64,000 bases of DNA from contig CAWDXG010000001.1 of assembly GCA_963806225.1 (NCBI GenBank), forward strand, positions 1,504,001 through 1,568,000, in the 5' to 3' direction. A model generated the notes under the pieces. It saw only the letters and a list, made by a program, of their open reading frames with translations, did not search any database and was not told the DNA's origin. Below, in pieces: positions 42,565 through 52,070 of the stretch. The translations under genes were made by a program, and so were the position numbers. The DNA is from an uncultured delta proteobacterium. Its GTDB lineage: Bacteria > Myxococcota_A > Polyangia > Polyangiales > Polyangiaceae. Every line of letters starts with the position of its first letter. Position 1 is the stretch's first letter.

Positions 42565-43545
42565 ATGTCGACTAGCCCATGCAAGCCACTTCCCGCCTCG
42601 CCTCGCGTGGTCGGACGGATCGCTAGCGTTTGCCTCGCCGCAACGAGCGCGCTGTTCGCGCTGGTGGTGGCCCGGTCCGCGCCGTGCCAGCCGCGTTCCG
42701 GGTCGGCGCGATCCCGGGTGGCTGCGCCCCGGCCTGCGCCAGCGCCTGCGCGATCGGTGAAGGCGACAACGGGGCTTCAGGAGCTGGGCGTGACGCTGGG
42801 CGCCATCGACTACACGGAGAGCAACGTCGACCTCAAGTGGACCACAGGAGGCACCACCGCGGCGCAGCCCTTCGTGACGCGCGGGGACTGGCTGGCGGCA
42901 AAGGGCGAGTACTCGATCTGGCGCTGGCTTGCTGTGGCGGCGATCGGTCGCGTGGGCTGGCTGGACAAATCTCCCCCGACCCTCCCCGCCGAGCCGCTCG
43001 AGCCGGGTCAGGACGAGTCCCGGCTCGATCCGCAGCTCGGCGACCCGCACGTGGGCGGCACCATCGCACCGATGCTTCGCTTCCTCCCGGGGCGCACGGC
43101 GCTCGACGCGGGGGCGACGATTTCCTTCGGATCGTTCCGGCCCCGGTACGGAGGCGACGCGCTCCAGTACGACGGATACAGCTGCGGTGACTGCGAGACA
43201 GGTCAAAATACTTTCACCGCCATGAAAGTGTGGCCCACGCTGCGCGTGAGCCGGACGGGCCGCGGATTCTTCTTCTCCGTCGGCACGGGCGAAGGGTTCG
43301 TGCAGACGAACGAACCGGGGCCCTTCGAGCTCCTGTTCGGCGAGCGGCAGCGGAGCTTCGACTTGATGGGCGGGATCGCCCGTGGGCTCGCGTTGCGCGT
43401 GGACCTGCGGGTGGTCGCGGGGCTGTGGCTCGACATGAGCGCCAGCTACAAACCCTGGGGCGATTCGCCGCCGGGCCGGGACACGGAGCGCGGGATATTC
43501 GCGCTCGGCCTGACCCGTCGCTGGTCGGACTTCGCTCCGCTGTGA
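42565..43545 (+). CDS. Secreted hypothetical protein, possibly beta-barrel
   Basis: Signal-like N-terminus; alternating hydrophobic beta strands toward the C-terminus. Confidence 0.6.
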   Translation: MSTSPCKPLPASPRVVGRIASVCLAATSALFALVVARSAPCQPRSGSARSRVAAPRPAPAPARSVKATTGLQELGVTLGAIDYTESNVDLKWTTGGTTAAQPFVTRGDWLAAKGEYSIWRWLAVAAIGRVGWLDKSPPTLPAEPLEPGQDESRLDPQLGDPHVGGTIAPMLRFLPGRTALDAGATISFGSFRPRYGGDALQYDGYSCGDCETGQNTFTAMKVWPTLRVSRTGRGFFFSVGTGEGFVQTNEPGPFELLFGERQRSFDLMGGIARGLALRVDLRVVAGLWLDMSASYKPWGDSPPGRDTERGIFALGLTRRWSDFAPL

Positions 43546-43572
43546 CCGCTTGCGCGCCGGCCCTCTACCAGC

Positions 43573-44172
43573 TCACGGCCCGCCGTCGAAGCACGAGGCG
43601 GTCCAGGTGCCGTTCGTCTTGGTGAAGCCGAAGGAAAGGTCGGCGGAGTTGGAACGGCCGCAGGCGTCGGTGAGCTGGATGCCGCTCGGAAGGATCTTCG
43701 TGAAGGCACCGAAGGTGGCGGCGTCCAGGTTCGAGAGATCCATCGTCAGGATGTTGTGATCGATGCTGGTGGGATACTGGGTGCTCGAGAGCTCGCCGGC
43801 GTCGCCCAGCGGAGGTTCGACATAGAAGAAGACGTCCTGCACGGTGGTGATCGCGAGCGGATATCTGGTGAAGGCCAGGTGGATCTTCTGGTTCGTGGTG
43901 TCGATGCTGCTCTTCGAGAAGTCAACGTCGCTGCAGCCGAGGTTGCAGTGGTAGACGGGGCCGTCGGGAGCGCACATACCCGGCGGACCCGCATCGCTGG
44001 CGATCGCCGGACAGCTCTCGCACTGGTCCTTGTCGTAGTTGTAGATGCCTCCGGCGTCGCAGCTGTCGGCGACGACGGAGCCGTCGGCGGTCGAAGCGTC
44101 GTTGCCGATGACCTTCTTCTTCACGTCGGTGTTCGAGCAACCGGGGGAGACGGCGAGCACGATGCCCGCCAT
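43573..44172 (-). CDS. Cys-rich lipoprotein with DAG motifs; N-terminus probably clipped at the IS91 junction
   Basis: AVSPGC lipobox with very short signal; abuts the transposase relic at ~44165. Confidence 0.6.
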   Translation of the reverse strand: MAGIVLAVSPGCSNTDVKKKVIGNDASTADGSVVADSCDAGGIYNYDKDQCESCPAIASDAGPPGMCAPDGPVYHCNLGCSDVDFSKSSIDTTNQKIHLAFTRYPLAITTVQDVFFYVEPPLGDAGELSSTQYPTSIDHNILTMDLSNLDAATFGAFTKILPSGIQLTDACGRSNSADLSFGFTKTNGTWTASCFDGGP

Positions 44173-45599
44173 CCGGAAGCGACCGCCCTGTACCGCGTGG
44201 TGCAGGACAACCTCTGCACGCTCTACGCCGCCGCCGAGCAGGGCTTCGCCGCGCCGCTTCCCGGCTTCGTCAAGGACGAGCTCGAGCGCTACATCGACTG
44301 CGGGGTCCTGGCGCGGGGATTTTCCGTGCTTGCGTGCCCCGACTGCCAGAGGCGGAGGGTCGTCGCGTTTTCCTGCAAAGGCCGCTCCTTGTGTCCCTCG
44401 TGCCTGGGCCGCCGCATGGCGGCCGGCGCTGCGGACCTTGTGGAACACGTTCTGCCGCCGGGCGTACCGCTCAGGCAGTGGGTGCTCACGCTGCCGTTCG
44501 AGCTCAGGGCGCGGCTCGCCTACGACGCCGGGCTGCTCGGCGCGGTCTGCCACGCCTGCGTCGACTCGGTGCTCCGCTGGTACCGCCGCCGCCTGCGCGA
44601 GCGCGGCATCGACGGCGGCAGGAGCGGGTCGAGGACGAGAGCGGCGAGCTCCGCTTCCACGCGCTGCCCTTCCTGACCAACGACGATGTCGCCGACGTGC
44701 TGCAGATCGCCCGCGCGCGCATCCTCGCGCTCTTGCGACGCAAAGGCGTGATCGCGGACGCCGACGAGAGCAGCGGCGGCAGCGGCAGCGGCAGCGGCAG
44801 CGGCAGCGGCGCGAGCGTTGTCAGCGCGGACGCGACGCTCGCCGAGAGCGAGCCCGCGCTCGCCCAGCTCGCCGTCGCCTCCACGCTCGGCACCGTGCCG
44901 GCAGGACCCGCGCTGCGCCGGCGCGATCCCATCACGCTGCGCGGCGGAGCCAGGCTCCTCCACACCAAGGCGCTCTGCGCCACCCTGGGCGGTTTGTCGC
45001 TGCACGCCTCGACCACCGCCAGCGCCACCGACGCCGCAGGAAAAGAAGCGCTCTGCAAGTACATCCTGCGGCCGCCGATCTCGCAGGAGCGCGTGCAGCT
45101 CGCCGGCGACGATCTCGTGCGGCTGATCCTGAAGCGGCCGTTCAGTGATGGAACAGTCGCGCTCGAGATGGACCCTCTGTCCCTGCTCGCGCGACTCGCG
45201 GCGGCCGTGCACCCGCCACGGTTCAATACGGTGAGGTACGGCGGCGTGCTCGCTGCACACAGCAAATGGAGAGCGCGCATTGTTCCGCCGCCGCCGCGCG
45301 ACGACGACGACGAAAGAACGACGACAAGAACGACGACAAGAACGACAACGACGCGCACTGCGCCACGTGCGCGAACACGAAGGACAAGTCGCCCACGCAT
45401 CGCTGCGGGTATCGCCCATGGCGTGAGTTGCTCCGCCGCAGCTTCAAAATCGACGTCGAGCGGTGCGAGCACTGTGGCGGCAGGATGAAGCTCCGCGCCC
45501 TCGTCGTCACCGCCGCCGGCATCGTGCGCTACCTCCGCCCGCGTCATCCGCCGCCGGCTCGGAGAGCCCGTGCAGGCGGAGCTGTTCGACGTGCCCTGA
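44165..45599 (+). mobile_element. IS91/ISCR-family rolling-circle transposase pseudogene
   Basis: Zn-binding domain (RHPEATALYRVV...YIDCG.LARGF...CPDC...FSCKGR.LCPSC), RQWVLTLP, SLHA, KYILRPP, LKRPFSDG, RYGGVLA, DVERC..CGGRM; no start, HUH segment missing at ~44628, more frameshifts and deletions at ~45320 and ~45540. Confidence 0.88.
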
Positions 45600-45758
45600 A
45601 CGCGCGCTCGCGAGGGCGGGGATCCGACCGGAGGCGGGCTGTTCGTGCGGAGACGACGCGCGGGGGGCTGGATCACGCCGGCGCGCATTCCGCAGAGCTC
45701 GATCGAGGCGTAGACTGTCCGGCAGAGGCAGCGAGAGTGACGTGGGGCTATCGAGACA

Positions 45759-45842
45759 GACGTGAGCACCACCATGATCTACACCCACGTCCTCGGCCGC
45801 GGCGCCCTCGGCGTCCAGAGCCCCTTCGATCTCCTGCCCTGA
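45759..45842 (+). pseudogene. intI: C-terminal remnant of integron integrase (tyrosine recombinase)
   Basis: Own translation [27 protein letters not shown] matches the IntI C-terminal pattern [14 protein letters not shown]...GVxSPLD, including the catalytic Tyr; not in the ORF track. Confidence 0.88.
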
Positions 45843-45846
45843 GCGC

Positions 45847-46014
45847 GCACTGTTTACGGTGCTATGCGGAACTACCTAGCGGCGCGGGCAGGCCAAGCCG
45901 GCCGCGGCCCCGCAGCGGCAAGCCCGCCCCGATGGCAGCCCGCAGGCGCCCCCGACGCAGCGCTACACAGGGCGGGCGCGAGGGGATATGATGGACGTCG
46001 AATAGTAGTTAGCC
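45847..46014 (+). other. Putative attI site downstream of intI
   Basis: Core GTTAGCC at 46008-46014 is the exact reverse complement of the first cassette's GGCTAAC (46484); GCTA(T/C)-type direct repeats upstream. Confidence 0.75.
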
Positions 46015-46021
46015 GGTCTCA

Positions 46022-46489
46022 ATGCAGTTCGAAGCCCGCCCTCTCGTTGGCATCGGCCCGGTCCTGCTCGGCCAGCGTCGAGATGCCGTCCGCCGTGCAA
46101 TCGGCGCTGCTCCGCACGAGTTCCTGAAGTCCCCGACCGCTCTCTACCCAACCGACGCCTTCTACGATTCCTCCTTTCAGGTCTTCTATCGAGACGAGTC
46201 TGGTCCGACTGTCGAGTTCATCGAGCTTTCCCGAGTTCCTGCCATGCACGTGATTGTGCGCGGATTGGACGTTTTCTCACGACCCGCCGACGAAGTAGTC
46301 GCTCACATCTCGAAAGAAGTAGCGCCAGATCCCCACGACCCCGAGTACGGGTACAGCTACATCTTTCCCGCGTGGGAACTCGCTCTATGGCGGCCGACGA
46401 TCCCCGCGCACGCGAGCGACGACGACGGGAGGTACTTCTCGACCATCGGGATCGGAGTCACTGGCTACTTCACTGCGCGCGCCGGCTAA
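46022..46489 (+). CDS. Integron cassette 1 ORF, hypothetical (immunity-protein-like)
   Basis: ATG 7 nt after core; TAA stop inside GGCTAAC; codon usage differs from flanking genes; function is a guess. Confidence 0.8.
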   Translation: MQFEARPLVGIGPVLLGQRRDAVRRAIGAAPHEFLKSPTALYPTDAFYDSSFQVFYRDESGPTVEFIELSRVPAMHVIVRGLDVFSRPADEVVAHISKEVAPDPHDPEYGYSYIFPAWELALWRPTIPAHASDDDGRYFSTIGIGVTGYFTARAG

Positions 46490-46634
46490 CAAGCCGCTGC
46501 AGCAGCCGGCCGCGCGTCGTCGTGGCCTGCTGCCTGGTGCCGCTCGCCCGTGGTGAGTACCACTGGCTCGGTCATCGCGACCTGATAGGTTATGCTTGCT
46601 CGTGCGGCCGCAGCTGAGGGCCGGTTCGTTGGAC
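46484..46634 (+). other. attC site 1 (151 bp)
   Basis: R'' GGCTAAC; L''/L' ctgcagc versus gctgag with one extra base; arms cggccgc/gcggccg; R' GTTGGAC. Confidence 0.85.
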
Positions 46635-46771
46635 AGACTCGCACTGCACGCGCGCCACCCTTCCGGATCGGAGCTGGATTGCCTAGCTGTGCACTTGTCG
46701 GGGCACGCCAACGTTAGCAGCGGGGGTGACTCCTCGACGCGTTCGTCGTCGCGCGTTACGATGACGACGAG

Positions 46772-47185
46772 ATGGGGCGCTGGATCCTTGCGGTAGCCGT
46801 GTTGGCGACGACGGCGTGGTGCACCAGTTGCGGCGGCCAGTCCTGCCACTCGATATTTCAGTACTGGATCCGGTCGACCTTGCCGGATGGAACGTACGCG
46901 ACCTGCGAGATCGACTTCGACGCGGGGCACAAGGTTGCGCGCTACACGGTCGCGACCCCCTGCGCGGAAATGCAGCCCCCGCCGCGCGTCGAGCCGGTCG
47001 GCGACAGCCCGATACGCTACACCAGTGAAGCGTACGCATGCGTGATCACCATCAACTACTTCGACAACGCACGCGACCTCGCGAACTACGTGGGCAGCGA
47101 CAGCTTCACCATGACCGTGACGTGCGACGGAAAGGTCGTCGAGACGCAGCCGATCGCGCCGTTGACCGCGGTCTGCGCAGAATGA
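46772..47185 (+). CDS. Integron cassette 2 ORF, Cys-rich lipoprotein
   Basis: Signal MGRWILAVAVLATTAWCTSC; lies between GTTGGAC (46628) and GTCCAAC (47351). Confidence 0.7.
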   Translation: MGRWILAVAVLATTAWCTSCGGQSCHSIFQYWIRSTLPDGTYATCEIDFDAGHKVARYTVATPCAEMQPPPRVEPVGDSPIRYTSEAYACVITINYFDNARDLANYVGSDSFTMTVTCDGKVVETQPIAPLTAVCAE

Positions 47186-47350
47186 TCGAGCCCCGAGCGA
47201 AGCGGGGCTACGCTGGGTTCAGAGGGCGCTCGGGCGCTCGCTTCCGGCTGGCGGGGTCGCCGCCGCGCGAGATCATCGGGTCGTTCCATCCGGAGAGGCG
47301 TCGACTGCTGACTTGCCGCTGCCGTTCCGGGGGACGCGACCGCTCTCGCT

Positions 47351-47472
47351 GTCCAACAGGCCACTGAATCCCGACGGCGGCGGGGCCGGCGCGGTCTTCG
47401 AGGTGTTCCACGCGGCAAGTCGCGGTATCATCTCTTCCACGGCCGCCGCGGGTTAGTGGCGGTTCGTTGGGC
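47351..47472 (+). other. attC site 2 (122 bp)
   Basis: R'' GTCCAAC; ccactgaatcccg pairs with cgggttagtgg with extrahelical bases; R' GTTGGGC. Confidence 0.88.
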
Positions 47473-47480
47473 GGGCTCAA

Positions 47481-47786
47481 GTGTCACGGAAGCTATTGGT
47501 CTTCGTTGTCGGTGCGTTGGTCGCGGGCGTCGGCTGCGGAGGAGTTGCCAAGGACTCGCCGAGTTGGTCGTGCACGAAGCGGCAGACGAACCCGCCGTCT
47601 TGTGAATGCCAGCGTGTCGACGCGGGATCGCCCGACTCCGGAAACGCCCACGCCTGCGATGGCCTTCAGTGCTGTTTCGCGTCGGCCGCCGATTGCTTCT
47701 GCGTGGGCCTCGACAGCTTGATTACGGACTGCGCTCTGGTCCAGGTGCAGAACGCAAAGCCGGTGTCGGCGTGCCGGGCCCCGTGA
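47481..47786 (+). CDS. Integron cassette 3 ORF A, small Cys-rich lipoprotein
   Basis: GTG 8 nt after core; VAGVGC lipobox; about 10 further Cys; DAG motif. Confidence 0.75.
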   Translation: MSRKLLVFVVGALVAGVGCGGVAKDSPSWSCTKRQTNPPSCECQRVDAGSPDSGNAHACDGLQCCFASAADCFCVGLDSLITDCALVQVQNAKPVSACRAP

Positions 47787-47854
47787 CTTCCAACGCTTGG
47801 TTGGCGCGGGATCCTGCACTCGCATCGCGGGTGAGTGCGGGGTAGAACGTAGCG

Positions 47855-48187
47855 GTGCAACTTCCGGGGGCCGAGCGCGCACAGATCGAACCGGAGAAGA
47901 TCCGCGACTACTTGTTGTCGCCGGATCATCCAGTCGGACGCTTCAAGGCGCGCTTCTTCGCGTCGATCGGCTACGACCGCTCCCGCTGGGAGGCGCTGCG
48001 CGACGACCTCCTGGCCGCGGCGCGTACCCAGGAAGCTGCAGCCGGTCAGGCTAGCCCGTTCGGTCGCAAGTACGAGGTCCGTGCTACACTTGGGGTGCCG
48101 CCAGGTCGAACCGCGTGGGTCACATCGGTCTGGATCGTGCTGGACGGCGACGACATTCCGAGGTTCGTGACGGCGTTTCCGGGGTAG
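47855..48187 (+). CDS. Cassette 3 ORF B, DUF6883-like putative toxin
   Basis: LP.AE.A.I..EKIRDYLLS..HP.GR.KA.FF...G...FG.KY.V...W......PRFVTA.P. Confidence 0.75.
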   Translation: MQLPGAERAQIEPEKIRDYLLSPDHPVGRFKARFFASIGYDRSRWEALRDDLLAAARTQEAAAGQASPFGRKYEVRATLGVPPGRTAWVTSVWIVLDGDDIPRFVTAFPG

Positions 48188-48190
48188 ACC

Positions 48191-48424
48191 ATGTCCTTCA
48201 GTGTTCTAGACACAGTCGTGCTGACTCGCGATGTGCCCGAGCAGGGCCTGCTCCGCGGCGACATGGGCGCGATCGTGCATGTCCACTCCGCTGACGCGTA
48301 CGAGGTCGAGTTCGTCCAGGCGTCGGGACAGACGCAGGCCCTCGTCACGCTTCCAGCCGACGCGATCCGCGCGATCCAGGATGGCGATCTGGTCGCTGTC
48401 CGACAGGTTCACCAGTCAGCCTGA
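48191..48424 (+). CDS. Cassette 3 ORF C, DUF4926-like putative antitoxin/immunity protein
   Basis: LDTVVL.RD.PE.GL..GD.G.IVHV....AYEVEF....G.T.A..TL. Confidence 0.8.
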   Translation: MSFSVLDTVVLTRDVPEQGLLRGDMGAIVHVHSADAYEVEFVQASGQTQALVTLPADAIRAIQDGDLVAVRQVHQSA

Positions 48425-48440
48425 CGTTCTGTCGAGCGCC

Positions 48441-48562
48441 GCCCAACAGGCCAATGAACCCGACGGCGGCGAGGGCAGTCGCGGTCTTCGGGATGTTCCG
48501 CAGGGCAATGCGCGGTATCATCTCTTCCACGGCCGCCGCGGGTTAGTGGCGGTCCGTTAGGC
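48441..48562 (+). other. attC site 3 (122 bp)
   Basis: R'' GCCCAAC complements GTTGGGC (47466); R' GTTAGGC; shares a 43-nt identical block with attC2. Confidence 0.88.
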
Positions 48563-48784
48563 GGGCGTGCCTAGTGCGCGCGCGATCTTCCTGGGCAGCT
48601 CGATGTCCGCGAACCGACGCGTCGGATACAGGTAGTCCTCACCGGACTCGTCGATGACTCGCACGAAGCCGTCAGCACGCGCTTCAGCGTCTTCCAACGC
48701 GACGTAGATCTTGCCACGCTCGAGCGAGGCGGCATACCCCTCGTTGGACAAGCAGACGACGTGTCGGCGTTTCGCGCGGGCCAT
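48557..48784 (-). CDS. Cassette 4 (inverted) ORF, small hypothetical protein, putative TA partner
   Basis: C..N.GY.ASLE..KIY....D......VRVIDESGEDYLYP; TAA stop inside the attC3 core. Confidence 0.75.
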   Translation of the reverse strand: MARAKRRHVVCLSNEGYAASLERGKIYVALEDAEARADGFVRVIDESGEDYLYPTRRFADIELPRKIARALGTPA

Positions 48785-48785
48785 C

Positions 48786-50241
<1,456 letters not shown>

Positions 50242-50259
50242 GTCCGGCGCGCGCTTACG

Positions 50260-51090
50260 CTACTTCTGGAGCGGCAGCACGTTGCGCGGGTCGCAGACGA
50301 CGGTGCGGGAGTTTTCGACGATCTCGCGCGGCTTGAAGTGGGCGGGGTTTTCGCCCTCGCGGACGCGGCGCACCTCGAGGTGCAGGTGCACGACGCCGGC
50401 CGAGCCGGAGTCGCCGACGAAACCGAGCAGCGCGCCCTGCTTGACGGTCATGCCCTTGGCGAGCCCCGGGGCGGGGCCCTGCAGGTGGCCGTAGAGCACC
50501 AGGTACTCGCGCAGGTGCCCGCCTTCGCGCAGGGTGTGGCGGGTGACCACCGTGTTGCCGAACAGCGGCCCGACGTAGAGCACCTCGGCGTTGCCGACCT
50601 GGTGGGCGAGATCGACGAGGCGCACCCGCGTGCCGCGCGGCTCGGCCAGGTCGATGCCGCCGTGGCCGACGGCTTTGAGTCCGGGTCCGCGGCGCTGCTC
50701 GTAGTCGGGGCGGTCCAGGTCGTAGCCGCTCATGACCAGCGACTGGCCGGGCTCGGGCGGTACCGGGTAGCGGTAGCGCCGGTAGTTGGCCGGGCGATCC
50801 GGCCGCCGGGGGATCTGGTCGTACACGCGCCAGCGGCCGCCCCGCTCGTGGTGGCCGTTCCGCTCGGCCTGGAGCGCCGCGCCGCCGGGCTGGCCGTTCG
50901 GCACGGGGATGCAGATGCCGTTGTCGGGCAGCGTGCCGGGCGGGCAGAGGCTGGGCAGCGAGTCGCCGCCGGCCTGGGTGCCGCGCCCGGCCGCATGCTG
51001 CGCCGCGGCGGGGGCCGCAGAGCCCGCGGCTGCCCGTACCAGCGCTGACAGCGCGGCGGTGACCACGGCGGCTCGGACCAGGGGCTGCAC
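50260..51090 (-). CDS. M23 family metallopeptidase
   Basis: HGGIDL, GNTVV, LYGHL, GFVGDSG, HLHLEVR. Confidence 0.85.
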   Translation of the reverse strand: MQPLVRAAVVTAALSALVRAAAGSAAPAAAQHAAGRGTQAGGDSLPSLCPPGTLPDNGICIPVPNGQPGGAALQAERNGHHERGGRWRVYDQIPRRPDRPANYRRYRYPVPPEPGQSLVMSGYDLDRPDYEQRRGPGLKAVGHGGIDLAEPRGTRVRLVDLAHQVGNAEVLYVGPLFGNTVVTRHTLREGGHLREYLVLYGHLQGPAPGLAKGMTVKQGALLGFVGDSGSAGVVHLHLEVRRVREGENPAHFKPREIVENSRTVVCDPRNVLPLQK

Positions 51091-51230
51091 CTGTGCGAGT
51101 GTAACGCGCCAGCGGGCCCGGTCGATTCCGGCTTGCCCGGAACGGCCGTCGATTCCGGCTCCAGAGCTGCCGTTCCGGCTCCAGGGAAGGAATGGATTGA
51201 TTCCGGCCCTGTAGGTTGATAGCTCCCTTC

Positions 51231-52055
51231 GTGGTGAAGATACCGGTGGACAGGCTCGCGCCCGCGGATGCCGCGGTCATGGAGACGTTCGTGGTCCCGC
51301 GCTACCTGTCTCTGTTCGGCGAGCTGGCTATCGAGCTGCTGCTGGCGGGCCAGGCGGCGCGCATCGCCCATATCGGCTGCCGCACCGGCTATCCCGACCG
51401 CCAGCTGTACGAGAAGGTCGAGGGCTCCAGCATCGTCGGAGTCGACGCATCCGAATCGGCGCTGGAGTTGGCGCGCAACAAGGCTGCCCTGCTCGGCGAT
51501 CCACCCATCGAGTACGTGGAAGCCGACGAGCTTCCCACGTCGCTCGAAGCTGCCAGCTTCTCGCACGCCCTCAACCTGCACCCTGTCGGCAGCGGCGAGC
51601 AGCGGCTCGCACTCTTCCGCGAGATGGAGCGCGTCCTGTACGCCGGCGGCCAGGCGCTCATCGCGCTGCCCCTGCGAGGGTCCTTCCAGGAAATCGGCGA
51701 CCTCCTGCGCGAGTACGCACTGAAGTACGACGAGGGCGAGTTCGGCAAGGCCGTGGAGGACGCGATGTCCACCCGCCCGACGATCGAGACCCTGTCCGAG
51801 GAGCTGGAGGACGCCGGCCTCGACAACGTCAACGTCGAGATCCGCGCGACCGAGCTCACGTTCGACAGCGGCCGCGCGTTCATAGAAGACCCCGTCTCGC
51901 GCCTGCTCGTCATACCGGAGCTCAAGGCTTCCCTCGAGGTGGATGATCTGTCCAAGCCCCTCGACTACGTCCGCGACGCCGTCGACAAGTACTGGTCGGA
52001 AGGCAAGTTCGAGGTCGCGCTCAACGTCGGCTGCGCGAGCGCCCGGAAGTTGTAG
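51231..52055 (+). CDS. Class I SAM-dependent methyltransferase-like protein
   Basis: HIGCRTG (degenerate motif I), VGVDASESALELAR, EM.RVLYAGG. Confidence 0.75.
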   Translation: MVKIPVDRLAPADAAVMETFVVPRYLSLFGELAIELLLAGQAARIAHIGCRTGYPDRQLYEKVEGSSIVGVDASESALELARNKAALLGDPPIEYVEADELPTSLEAASFSHALNLHPVGSGEQRLALFREMERVLYAGGQALIALPLRGSFQEIGDLLREYALKYDEGEFGKAVEDAMSTRPTIETLSEELEDAGLDNVNVEIRATELTFDSGRAFIEDPVSRLLVIPELKASLEVDDLSKPLDYVRDAVDKYWSEGKFEVALNVGCASARKL

Positions 52056-52070
52056 CCGCCTCGCTCCCGG

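Noticed and set aside
42556..43572. attC sites after the ORFs that follow the orphan attI-like site
   Set aside because: No RYYYAAC...GTTRRRY structure found by eye
45847..45880. dif (XerCD) site suggested by tatgcggaact
   Set aside because: Only one arm resembles dif; no 11-6-11 arrangement; better explained as part of the attI region
47787..47854. Possible fourth attC between the lipoprotein and DUF6883-like gene
   Set aside because: ttccaac is present but there are no L boxes or distal GTTRRRY, and GCCCAAC at 48441 already matches the cassette's opening core
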